From the IMG/VR virus record IMGVR_UViG_3300020042_005640, positions 1 to 49,372 of that record: a stretch of 49,372 nucleotides of DNA; one strand, written 5' to 3'. Shown here piece by piece: positions 18,424 through 26,916 of this stretch. This stretch comes from a virus (Duplodnaviria; Caudoviricetes). The first letter of the stretch is position 1, and the number at the start of each line of letters is the position of its first letter. Position numbers and translations under genes: made by a program. The notes beneath the pieces are model-generated. The model was not told where the DNA came from. It searched no databases and was given only the letters and a program-made list of their open reading frames with translations.

Positions 18424-18660
18424 TTATTTTTTTATTACTTTAGAAATCCTGTCTATCAGTTCCTGTAGTTCGGATGCATCATTGAATGACCACTGCTCTG
18501 TGTCGAGAACATAGAAACATCCTCCATCATTGTCAATGCCAAGACTGGATATACATCTGATTGTCAACTCTTCATCTCCACCATCTACGCAGTTACCTTC
18601 CTGAGAAAACTCGAATGTTGCTGAAATTAATCTTGGTTTTTCCTCTGCTTGTTCTGCCAT
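18424..18660 (-). CDS. Hypothetical protein
   Basis: Packed ORF. Confidence 0.6.
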   Translation of the reverse strand: MAEQAEEKPRLISATFEFSQEGNCVDGGDEELTIRCISSLGIDNDGGCFYVLDTEQWSFNDASELQELIDRISKVIKK

Positions 18661-18663
18661 GGT

Positions 18664-19035
18664 TTATAGTTTTTCTATTTCTGCTTTTACATTAATGTAG
18701 AACTCTTTAGAGCCATCTTCAACCTGTGTATCAGTTTCTCCATTCCAAGGAGTGACCCTAATCATCTCGTCAATGGTTATCAGTGCACACTCTTTTGCTA
18801 CGTTCTTGCTAACAACCTTTGACATAAATTTTAGAACTAACCATGATGCCCTTTCTTCTGTTGTCATAATATTTGGTTTACATTGTTTACAATATTGGGG
18901 AGGCATGTCAACCTCCCCTTTAATAGCCATTATTTCTTCATCATTGAAGCCACTTCCTATCTTCATGATTACCCTACAACTTGAGCATAGTAGTGCCCCA
19001 AGTCCTCCGTTGTATTTGAATATAGCTTTCTCCAT
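18664..19035 (-). CDS. Hypothetical protein with CxxC...CxxC zinc ribbon
   Basis: LLCSSC and YCKQC motifs. Confidence 0.6.
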   Translation of the reverse strand: MEKAIFKYNGGLGALLCSSCRVIMKIGSGFNDEEIMAIKGEVDMPPQYCKQCKPNIMTTEERASWLVLKFMSKVVSKNVAKECALITIDEMIRVTPWNGETDTQVEDGSKEFYINVKAEIEKL

Positions 19036-19721
19036 TAGTCAATCGTTATGATGTTACCGTGAGATGTCAATCCAAGGTCAAACCTACCATCTGTTACACA
19101 TGCCGCATTAGAGAACTTGGTAGGACTCTTGCTATACTTTGACAGCCCTTGGTTATTAATTCCTTTCATGTCATGTATATGTCCAAACAGATGAGCCTTT
19201 GGTTTGTACATGAATATCCACTTCATTAGGGCATTATCTCCACATTGTTTAAGCTCTCCATTCAACTCCTCTGACAGGTCTCTTACGCCCTTCGCAGGCC
19301 CGTGTGTGACTAGGACATCTATATCTGTTGGCATTGTCTCCCATATCCTATTGATTGTATCCCTGGACTTCATGAATGACCATTCTCCAAACGTAGGAGT
19401 ATAGGGTGAGCCAAAGATTTTAACACCATTAATGATTACACTATCGTGTTCTAAGTACACAATACCCCTATCTTCAAAGTTAACCTGCTTGAACATTCTT
19501 CTTTCTATTGAGGTGTCGTGATTACCTGCTACGTATATCTTATGCTTCACAGGTACATTCATATACCATTCAGCAAAGTCATAAACCTCATTTAGGTTAC
19601 GTGCAGCATCCCTCCAATTAGAACAGTCTCCCGAATGTATGACAACATCTATGTTATCAAATACTCTTTCGGGTAAGTCCTTGTGAAATCCATGGGTGTC
19701 GCTTAGGTGCAGAATTTTCAT
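19035..19721 (-). CDS. Calcineurin-like metallophosphoesterase (Icc/MPPED-like)
   Basis: SDTH, HSGD, AGNHD, THGP and FGHIH motifs; ATGA overlap gives start 19721. Confidence 0.88.
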   Translation of the reverse strand: MKILHLSDTHGFHKDLPERVFDNIDVVIHSGDCSNWRDAARNLNEVYDFAEWYMNVPVKHKIYVAGNHDTSIERRMFKQVNFEDRGIVYLEHDSVIINGVKIFGSPYTPTFGEWSFMKSRDTINRIWETMPTDIDVLVTHGPAKGVRDLSEELNGELKQCGDNALMKWIFMYKPKAHLFGHIHDMKGINNQGLSKYSKSPTKFSNAACVTDGRFDLGLTSHGNIITID

Positions 19722-20431
19722 TTGATGATAGTTTTTATCATTTCGCAAACATTGTAATACAGATCATCAAGCGTACCGTTATTGTGTATCACATAGTCAA
19801 AGTCCCACTTGTCAAGCTCTACCTCAGATACGTGATTGTTTACAGGCTCTAATCCATCACTATGAACCCTTACTACAAACCCGTCATAATCCTTAATAGC
19901 CTTGGCCTCATTGGCGAATCTTGTATCAGTAATAATCCAATTAGAATGTGGTATATCCCTACGTGTATCACCAATGTATCCGGAGAATGCAGTCTTTCTA
20001 TACTCAGCCATAAGGGCATTGACCCACACATCGGTATGCAGGTTATTACGCAATGCATCAGTCCCTAGTTTCTGAAGGAACTCTCTAACAGTTATGAGTT
20101 GATTAAACTGTACATCAGCAAATGGTGTAATGCTATTGAGAGGGTTGGGGCTAACATTTCCCCACTCATCACCTAATAACGCATCCTTAAACGCTCTATC
20201 CTCAAACATTTCCTCATCAATACCAGTAAGCACACTAGCTACAGCCTTTAGCTTGCCTCCCCACTTCTTAATCTCCCATCCTGACATATCATCTAGCATA
20301 TACCCATAGCTATTAGGATGCTTTAGTATATCATGGATAGTCTTGCTATCAATACCTGACATAGCATACTGCATCATTAAACCTACAGTATCCTTACCCG
20401 AATTAGCGTAACCTGAAATTCCTATAATCAT
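19718..20431 (-). CDS. Deoxynucleoside monophosphate kinase (T4 gp1-like)
   Basis: IIGISGYANSGKDT P-loop; REFLQKLGTD, ITDTRF.NE and HVSE motifs. Confidence 0.85.
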   Translation of the reverse strand: MIIGISGYANSGKDTVGLMMQYAMSGIDSKTIHDILKHPNSYGYMLDDMSGWEIKKWGGKLKAVASVLTGIDEEMFEDRAFKDALLGDEWGNVSPNPLNSITPFADVQFNQLITVREFLQKLGTDALRNNLHTDVWVNALMAEYRKTAFSGYIGDTRRDIPHSNWIITDTRFANEAKAIKDYDGFVVRVHSDGLEPVNNHVSEVELDKWDFDYVIHNNGTLDDLYYNVCEMIKTIIK

Positions 20432-20442
20432 AGTTGTAGTTT

Positions 20443-20871
20443 TTATTCGTAAATAATTTTAACATTACCTTCCTTGATTAAATTATGTTTCTTAGCACAT
20501 TCAACTATACCTGCATATACTTCAGGATATGCTTTTACCCAACCCTTACAGGTGTTGATACTATGTAGTAGTGTACTATGTTGCCTTAGATTTAGCATCT
20601 TATATATCTTATGCATAGTCATTGCCTCTTCTTCAACAAGCATATACCTAAACCATATCTTTTCGTATGAGTTATTAGCTCTACCCTTAGAGAAAAGTAC
20701 AGACTTATCTACATTAAAGTATTCAGCTATAGCATTTGCCCACTTATCTACCCGTGGATCATCGTCTGTTACCTCTCCGCTTGCATTTCTTTTCTCTTGT
20801 ATACTAAGCTCTTTACCATACTTATCATATATATACTTCTTGAAATCTAACACATCATTACTGAACGCCAT
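20443..20871 (-). CDS. DnaA C-terminal (domain IV) HTH-like protein
   Basis: IAEYFNV...LFSKGR...RQHSTLLHSI motif. Confidence 0.7.
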   Translation of the reverse strand: MAFSNDVLDFKKYIYDKYGKELSIQEKRNASGEVTDDDPRVDKWANAIAEYFNVDKSVLFSKGRANNSYEKIWFRYMLVEEEAMTMHKIYKMLNLRQHSTLLHSINTCKGWVKAYPEVYAGIVECAKKHNLIKEGNVKIIYE

Positions 20872-21070
20872 CTTTTATTTTTTGATAATTGTTTAATATG
20901 TTTAAGGCATCTACATCCAGGTCTTCATTAAGCCATCCTTTGCTATCTATGAGCATCTTAATAATCATGTCGCTCATAATCTTATTCATCCTTAGATTAG
21001 CATTTCTTGATGCGTTAACTTTCCTAAAGGACTCCATGACTTTTTCTAACTTATCTTCACAGTCATTCAT
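20858..21070 (-). CDS. Hypothetical protein
   Basis: Packed ORF. Confidence 0.55.
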   Translation of the reverse strand: MNDCEDKLEKVMESFRKVNASRNANLRMNKIMSDMIIKMLIDSKGWLNEDLDVDALNILNNYQKIKDGVQ

Positions 21071-21291
21071 AGTATTTGAAATTTACCATACGGATACACA
21101 TCGACAACCCTTGTAGTACCTACTAAGTATTCGGTTATCCTTGTGTCTCCAAGTATGAATGACCTAATCTCCTTACTTACCTCCGGCATATCCGACCAAT
21201 TAAGTACAGCTATGCATGTAACATTAGAGTATTCCTCATGCCTCATTAGGGCCTCACAGGCGTTCCGTATTGTAACTAGGGAGTAGTTCAT
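21067..21291 (-). CDS. Hypothetical protein
   Basis: Packed ORF with an ATGA overlap. Confidence 0.55.
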   Translation of the reverse strand: MNYSLVTIRNACEALMRHEEYSNVTCIAVLNWSDMPEVSKEIRSFILGDTRITEYLVGTTRVVDVYPYGKFQIL

Positions 21292-21457
21292 CAGCCATAG
21301 TATTATACATGTCCTTTAATCCCCTCTCATATCCTTTACAAAAGCACAGCTTTATAAGGCTAGGGTGTATGTCCGGTAGGTTATATGTCAGTTCAAAAGA
21401 TTCTTTGAACTTTAGGTACGAGTTTTCCATGCTTGCTGACATGTCTGGATTATTCAT
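21254..21457 (-). CDS. Hypothetical protein
   Basis: A-rich leader; first gene after the DnaA-box region. Confidence 0.55.
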   Translation of the reverse strand: MNNPDMSASMENSYLKFKESFELTYNLPDIHPSLIKLCFCKGYERGLKDMYNTMADELLPSYNTERL

Positions 21458-21487
21458 GCTGTTGATTTAAAGTGTGCAAATTAAAGA

Positions 21488-21527
21488 CAAGGTGTGGACA
21501 AATGAAGTGTATTTATCCACAACCTTG
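21488..21527. promoter_or_regulatory. Inverted pair of DnaA boxes within an imperfect inverted repeat
   Basis: Perfect TTATCCACA at 21513-21521 (+) and TTGTCCACA at 21501-21493 (-), flanked by CAAGG/CCTTG. Confidence 0.6.
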
Positions 21528-21545
21528 CCTATATTACGGTTAAAG

Positions 21546-21839
21546 TTATGGTCTATTCTTCCTATTGTCAAAGTCAGTACCTCCAAACCTACCACCGCCA
21601 TGAACCATCTCATTGTCGATAGATATCTCGTGTGAGATGTCCTCCCAATCCGATGCGTCTAGGTGGTATCGCTTTGTCTCGTCAATGACTTCGCTCCAAA
21701 CAAAAGACTCCATCTCAGAGCTATCCCTAATGAATATCAGCTCCTTTGCAGTTTCAAGTGCTGACTCTTTACTTTCGGATGGGATGTCATGTACTTCTTT
21801 CTCCCATGCGATTACTTTGCGATAGATTGTTACCTTCAT
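21546..21839 (-). CDS. Hypothetical acidic protein
   Basis: Packed ORF. Confidence 0.55.
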   Translation of the reverse strand: MKVTIYRKVIAWEKEVHDIPSESKESALETAKELIFIRDSSEMESFVWSEVIDETKRYHLDASDWEDISHEISIDNEMVHGGGRFGGTDFDNRKNRP

Positions 21840-22120
21840 AGTTGTACTTTTACAGTTTTAATATACCCTCTCATTGCGTTTTCGGCAGCATCCTGCTGTG
21901 TCGTGTACAGGGTGCTGTCCATCTTTAGCTTACCTCCAAAGGTGTAGGCATTGGCGTACATTACCTTGATAAGATTAAGATCTAACCCCGACTTGTACAC
22001 CTTGTTCCTTCGACCGTCCTTGTCCCATGTGAATACTTTACCATCCACATTACCTACCTGAAGACCTAACTCCTTAACAAATGTCAAATTCTTAACTTGC
22101 TTTCCGTTTTTTGTAAACAT
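21836..22120 (-). CDS. Hypothetical protein
   Basis: T.NG..V...W..DG....DL motif; packed ORF. Confidence 0.6.
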   Translation of the reverse strand: MFTKNGKQVKNLTFVKELGLQVGNVDGKVFTWDKDGRRNKVYKSGLDLNLIKVMYANAYTFGGKLKMDSTLYTTQQDAAENAMRGYIKTVKVQL

Positions 22121-22137
22121 AACTATTGGTTTTTGGT

Positions 22138-22395
22138 TTATAATACTGGCAATACGCCATTTGCTCCATAGAATAATACACCTCCATCATTACCTTCGTC
22201 ATCACATGATAGGATACATGATGTGCCATCATTGAGGAAGAAGCAAACGGGTCTACTATACCAACCCATCATCTCCATCTCTTCATCATTGAGGTATCGT
22301 ACATCAACGATTGTCTTACCTAACAATACTTTCTTTGCCACGCCATTCCAATGTGCGTGTAGCTCTTTGTCGTTTCTAACTTTTGCTTCATTCAT
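22138..22395 (-). CDS. Phage hypothetical protein
   Basis: L.GKTIV.VRY...E..GW...DDEGNDGG.L motif. Confidence 0.7.
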   Translation of the reverse strand: MNEAKVRNDKELHAHWNGVAKKVLLGKTIVDVRYLNDEEMEMMGWYSRPVCFFLNDGTSCILSCDDEGNDGGVLFYGANGVLPVL

Positions 22396-22400
22396 AGTTT

Positions 22401-22763
22401 TTATATTTCTGCGTTAAATGAACATTGTCCTGTATTAATAATGCACTCCTCTATCTGTTTGCCTAACTTATAGTCAGCATAGTCACTAACCATATGAATG
22501 GGTAGTCCTGCTGCTTTAAGCATTTCATCATTGTATCCACCCTCTCTTGAGAAAAACTCATCAAACTTCTCCATCCTGTCACCTATCTTCTTCTTTATTT
22601 TGCGAAGTTCTTTTTGTACATCCTGCAAATGCTCATCATCAAAACAATACTCAATGTAGCTTCTCTCACATTCTGCTGACTTACTGAATCTTGATGGCGC
22701 ATCACTTGATTGTACAGCGAACCAAAATTTACCTTCAATGTCTCCGTGGTAATAACGTCCCAT
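22401..22763 (-). CDS. Phage hypothetical protein
   Basis: MGRYY.GDIEGKFWFAVQSS...LG..I..C...C.F.AE motif. Confidence 0.7.
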   Translation of the reverse strand: MGRYYHGDIEGKFWFAVQSSDAPSRFSKSAECERSYIEYCFDDEHLQDVQKELRKIKKKIGDRMEKFDEFFSREGGYNDEMLKAAGLPIHMVSDYADYKLGKQIEECIINTGQCSFNAEI

Positions 22764-22896
22764 AATTGTTGTTTTTATTGGTTTTAAAATCTAAGTATTT
22801 GCAAATAGTTTTGATAGGCATCCTCATATGTTAATGCCCAAATCCTGTACCCGTCAATGATAAATAGTTTCTTTTCCATAATTGTTGTTTTTATTG
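22760..22896. repeat. 21-bp direct repeat CCATAATTGTTGTTTTTATTG (22760-22780 and 22876-22896)
   Basis: Exact copies, each covering a minus-strand leader plus ATG. Confidence 0.85.
22784..22879 (-). CDS. 31-aa micro-protein
   Basis: MEKKLFIIDGYRIWALTYEDAYQNYLQILRF; shares an identical leader with the next gene. Confidence 0.6.
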   Translation of the reverse strand: MEKKLFIIDGYRIWALTYEDAYQNYLQILRF

Positions 22897-22906
22897 TTAG
22901 TGAATA

Positions 22907-23191
22907 TTAAGGCTTTGTTATTGGCACAGTCTTGAGGTGCTCCTTGAATTTTGTGACTGCATTTTTGACATCAGTATCATGCAAGCATGACCAAAACTTT
23001 TGTCCCTCTTTTGTATCATTCCATATCATTGAATTATTGATAAAACAGCGCATATTTTCATACCTACCTGCCAAAATCTCCCAAGTGCGTTCTTTATACC
23101 TTATAGATATGTTGTAGATTGCCCTGTCTCTTATACCGAGTGGAAGCATTTTTAAGTAATCTATTCCTGATTGTCTCATTTTTCTTTTCAT
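22907..23191 (-). CDS. Hypothetical protein
   Basis: W..TKEG..FW motif. Confidence 0.6.
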   Translation of the reverse strand: MKRKMRQSGIDYLKMLPLGIRDRAIYNISIRYKERTWEILAGRYENMRCFINNSMIWNDTKEGQKFWSCLHDTDVKNAVTKFKEHLKTVPITKP

Positions 23192-23203
23192 GTGATGACA
23201 GTT

Positions 23204-24223
23204 TTATTTAAATGGTATATAACTTTTGTCGTCCTTGTGGTATGCTATACAGTACTCACACATACCATCCTTCAACTCATGCTCATAGTACTCTATTGCA
23301 CAATGCCAACAGTCTCTTACCTTCTCACTACCATATGACTTGCTGTATGTCTTGCCATCATAAGACCAACCATCCCAATCATTGTGTGTTGTATCCTCTT
23401 TCTTTACACTATCCCAACCACCATACCAATTACTCTTAGCAAATGTTGGCTTGGCGTATGTCTTAGGGGTAAACTTGAACTCATATACCTTAGTGCATGA
23501 TGACATGATAGAGTACACCATGTTGAGGCAATTCTCTACATCACTAAGGTTAATCATCTCATCATCCATGTGTGGATTGTAATACCCACAAGACATGTTA
23601 GCTACACATATACCCACACCACTCTGTGCCAGGGTATACACATCTGTCAGTCCGCCTGTCGATTCATTGTACCCATAGTTCTCAAGGATAGGGGCAATGT
23701 CATTGTAGAACTCCTCACCATATAGGTCAGTGCCAAATATGTTATAGACAAAGTCACTGTTACCCTTTCTGTCACACTGTAGTATAAACCGACAGTCATT
23801 GAAGAATGACAGATCAGCTACACTACTACCTACACAGCCAACCTCCTCATCTCTGAAGAAGGCTGCCTTGCAATAATCTAATGACTCCAACATTGATAGG
23901 CATATGTATATACCAACCTTGTCATCACCACCTACGCCAGTAGGGCGCATGTTCTTGATGTCATATGCCATAGCGATGTTGTCATCATGTACCACCATGT
24001 AGTCCTGCGTGGGAATTATATCGTGGACAGTATCCGTATGTGATACGATACATGGATACTTTCCATCGGTACTTACACCCTTAGTTACGTAGAGGTTGCC
24101 CTCATGTAATTCTACATCGTAGCCCCGTTCAAGGCACTTGTCAAGGATGTACTCAACCATATGGTCAGTATGGTAGCTGACAGATTGAATGTTAAGAATC
24201 TCAAGGAATTGTTGATTAATCAT
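23204..24223 (-). CDS. M20/M28-type zinc peptidase/amidohydrolase-like protein
   Basis: SHTDTVH, GGDDKVG, DEEVG, DR.G and SCGYYNPH motifs; C-terminal CxxC...CxxC. Confidence 0.8.
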   Translation of the reverse strand: MINQQFLEILNIQSVSYHTDHMVEYILDKCLERGYDVELHEGNLYVTKGVSTDGKYPCIVSHTDTVHDIIPTQDYMVVHDDNIAMAYDIKNMRPTGVGGDDKVGIYICLSMLESLDYCKAAFFRDEEVGCVGSSVADLSFFNDCRFILQCDRKGNSDFVYNIFGTDLYGEEFYNDIAPILENYGYNESTGGLTDVYTLAQSGVGICVANMSCGYYNPHMDDEMINLSDVENCLNMVYSIMSSCTKVYEFKFTPKTYAKPTFAKSNWYGGWDSVKKEDTTHNDWDGWSYDGKTYSKSYGSEKVRDCWHCAIEYYEHELKDGMCEYCIAYHKDDKSYIPFK

Positions 24224-25574
24224 TGTATACTTCTTTTGTTTCTACATCGCTGTAGCTGTTGATTAAATAGAATTTGTTTGTCATTTTATCACACATAGTG
24301 TCAGACTCAAGTGCCCACTTGCCATTCTCTAACTGAACACAGTCATCTGTCAATGCATATTCACCATCATGCAACTCGACTGCATCCTCATACAGTATAG
24401 CGTCACCATTTGAATCAAACACTACGTCATCAACGTGATACCACTCTGAAAGATGATCAACGTATGATATATGCTCAGAGCTTATTTCATAATATCCATA
24501 CCCACTTACATGAACAACGTCATTCTCAAGTCTCCATCCCTCGTATGCATCTACGCAATGGTCTGTATGTGCATACCCAAAAATAAACCTGCCATTGGAA
24601 TTGCGGTAGTCAAGGTGTACAGCATCATCTTCATGTATCCTATCTCCGGATACTATACAAGTAACATTGTGTGATGTGTCTTCCCATGAGCCATCAGTAT
24701 CACGCAGTGTACGATAGTCACCGTTGGGCTCAAAGTTGCACAGCTTACCTGTATCCTCACACAGATACCTAAGAGAATCCATGTAAGGGTAGTAGCTGTA
24801 GTCCCAATTACGAATCCTAACACTTACGTCCATGCTACCGCTTGCGGGCTGCCTATCCTTCACATCAAATTCATGATGATGACAAGACTGTGAAGACTTG
24901 TACCTCATGCCATTGCGGATGGCAAAGTCAATGAACATGGGTTGAATGTTGTCAGATGCATAGATAGTATCCATACACAGCCCTGAATTATCAGTGTTCC
25001 ATATCAACGCCCTACCTGCAACCCTGTGGTCATTGTCAAGACATACCGCCATGGATATCTTGTCAGGATTGTGCTTGTAGATATCAAAGAAGTCGCTGTC
25101 AGAATGCCTCATACAGCTATTCGCAAGATTACCACCTGCATAACAACTGTATTGGTCATTGGCATAGTACAATGGTATTAGTTCGCCATTGCATACTACC
25201 ATTGTGTACGCAGGATCACTACCGCCATCACCATCACCATGCACACCTACATATGATGCAACAAGGTTACTGAACTTCTCATAGTCGGTATCCTTGATAT
25301 CAAGGTGGTCTGTCAAGATTTGGGGTATAACCTTGCGTATTACCCTGGCCGGCTTGCCGTCTTGCCTACCCTCCCTACTCCACTTGCCGTCATCATTGAC
25401 CTTGTGCTCCTTACCTGCCGGAAGGAAGGATACCATACCTCCCCTCATGGTTAGGTAGTTGACCTCATGGACAGTACAATTAGACTCATACTTTGTTAAG
25501 GCTCTTGCAATGTTACAGTCCAACTGTTCATGCAAGTAAGTGAGCATTGCTTGGAAACTACTGCTGTAATTCAT
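24216..25574 (-). CDS. Phage protein with SCM/GRALIW/YPYMDS motifs and C-terminal short repeats
   Basis: NSCMR, GRALIW, MDTIY and YPYMDS motifs; ~14-aa repeats of the pattern (H/L).DD(A/C)V....G. Confidence 0.7.
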   Translation of the reverse strand: MNYSSSFQAMLTYLHEQLDCNIARALTKYESNCTVHEVNYLTMRGGMVSFLPAGKEHKVNDDGKWSREGRQDGKPARVIRKVIPQILTDHLDIKDTDYEKFSNLVASYVGVHGDGDGGSDPAYTMVVCNGELIPLYYANDQYSCYAGGNLANSCMRHSDSDFFDIYKHNPDKISMAVCLDNDHRVAGRALIWNTDNSGLCMDTIYASDNIQPMFIDFAIRNGMRYKSSQSCHHHEFDVKDRQPASGSMDVSVRIRNWDYSYYPYMDSLRYLCEDTGKLCNFEPNGDYRTLRDTDGSWEDTSHNVTCIVSGDRIHEDDAVHLDYRNSNGRFIFGYAHTDHCVDAYEGWRLENDVVHVSGYGYYEISSEHISYVDHLSEWYHVDDVVFDSNGDAILYEDAVELHDGEYALTDDCVQLENGKWALESDTMCDKMTNKFYLINSYSDVETKEVYND

Positions 25575-25591
25575 GTTGTTGATTTTATGGT

Positions 25592-25813
25592 TTATAAAGA
25601 GAGTTTCTTGCGTTCACGTACCGCCCTTGGATAGCGGTTTTTATGCCATCTTAGATGAGCGTTCGTTGCGACCTTCGCCATCGTAGCGAAGAATAGAAGG
25701 TCAACGATTGCCCAACCAAGGTAGATGATGTTGGCTGCCGATAGAATCAGTAGAATAAATAAAGCCATCCCCGATAGGATGACAATAGCGTCAAGAAAGT
25801 CACGTTTGTTCAT
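25592..25813 (-). CDS. Small membrane protein
   Basis: Two hydrophobic helices and a basic tail; start moved to ATG 25813. Confidence 0.6.
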   Translation of the reverse strand: MNKRDFLDAIVILSGMALFILLILSAANIIYLGWAIVDLLFFATMAKVATNAHLRWHKNRYPRAVRERKKLSL

Positions 25814-25834
25814 GGTGTGTGTGGTTTTGATAAG

Positions 25835-25877
25835 GAACTGGGCAGGGACTCGAACCCTGCCTACATCCAATCAGTTC
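25835..25877 (-). ncRNA. tRNA-like minihelix/T-loop element, copy 2
   Basis: GAACUG-auuGGauGUA-GGCAGGG-UUCGAGU-CCCUGCC-CAGUUC. Confidence 0.7.
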
Positions 25878-25885
25878 GGGGGAGA

Positions 25886-26032
25886 TTATATCTCAACTAC
25901 AATCCCTATTTGGCACTCATTAGCCTCGGCTTCTGCTTCCTCCATGGTTTCAAATAAGAGTGGCATTCCGGATTCCATGTCAACTACAATGCTTGGATAA
26001 TATGAGTCAAAGGTTTCAATTACGATATACAT
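25886..26032 (-). CDS. 48-aa acidic micro-protein (paralog of 17341..17484)
   Basis: MYIVIETFDSYYPSIVVDMESGMPLLFETMEEAEAEANECQIGIVVEI. Confidence 0.8.
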   Translation of the reverse strand: MYIVIETFDSYYPSIVVDMESGMPLLFETMEEAEAEANECQIGIVVEI

Positions 26033-26105
26033 ATGTGTGTTGATTTATATTGCAATTTAGCAATTATTAATGAATAAAAGTAATAAATACGTATATAATT
26101 TGCAC

Positions 26106-26133
26106 AAAAAGGGCCGTCATTATAGACAGCCCC
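26106..26133 (-). terminator. Rho-independent terminator
   Basis: GGGCTGTC-tataat-GACGGCCC-TTTTT on the minus strand. Confidence 0.75.
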
Positions 26134-26160
26134 ATAAAAATGGTGATTAACTTATCTTGT

Positions 26161-26358
26161 CTACTCATATTGATAACAGTTTTCTTGAATCCATCTGCCA
26201 TCGACTAACCTTTCAATGGTATAGTCGCCATTGTACTGTCTGTTGCCTGCACTTGTGAGCCATACCCTAACATCTCCATCGTCTATCTTTAGCTCATCTC
26301 CATCCCAGGCTTGCTCAATTGTGTCAAGCTGTCTTAGTTCTTGTCTTGTGTACTCCAT
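26161..26358 (-). CDS. Hypothetical protein
   Basis: Packed early ORF. Confidence 0.6.
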   Translation of the reverse strand: MEYTRQELRQLDTIEQAWDGDELKIDDGDVRVWLTSAGNRQYNGDYTIERLVDGRWIQENCYQYE

Positions 26359-26359
26359 C

Positions 26360-26656
26360 TTATTTATTTTTAAAGTTTTTTACTTTGATTATCCAATCGG
26401 CTACCTCATCGGCTTTACAGTATCCCTTTACCCTGTCATACCCAAAATCATACCATACATTGTCTTTATCCCATATGGCAATCTCCGCATCGGGTGATGA
26501 GTACACTCCTGGCCTGTTCGTCCAATCAATTTGGTCTGAATGGTCAATAGATGGTCTGTTGTTCTCGCAATAGTTACCCGTTCCCCATTGTACGGATATA
26601 GTGAAACCATTCTCAAATGTCATTTGAAATCCTTTGTGCATTATACTACTAAACAT
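26360..26656 (-). CDS. Phage hypothetical protein
   Basis: KGFQMTFENG.TISVQWG.GNYC...AEIA...V.GY...EVA motif. Confidence 0.7.
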   Translation of the reverse strand: MFSSIMHKGFQMTFENGFTISVQWGTGNYCENNRPSIDHSDQIDWTNRPGVYSSPDAEIAIWDKDNVWYDFGYDRVKGYCKADEVADWIIKVKNFKNK

Positions 26657-26861
26657 ACAACCCCCTTTCTACAGCTTGTATAGCTGTTTTAAGTTCAAAT
26701 GCCTTGTAGTTTGCCCATGCTTCAGCCAACCTCTGCTTAGGATCTGTTGCTTCGGACAATTCGTACCACTTACTGATAAGAGTCTCTGTTGTACTCTTTT
26801 TGACTGCCACCTTCTTGCCACTATAGACAAGAGTTGATGATTTTTTGATTCTACTTCTCAT
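26649..26861 (-). CDS. Hypothetical protein
   Basis: First ORF after the non-coding block; CAACAACACA leader. Confidence 0.55.
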   Translation of the reverse strand: MRSRIKKSSTLVYSGKKVAVKKSTTETLISKWYELSEATDPKQRLAEAWANYKAFELKTAIQAVERGLYV

Positions 26862-26916
26862 TGTGTTGTTGTTCAGATGTACTACTGTCCCCTAGTGTGT
26901 TGATGATTAAAAATAG

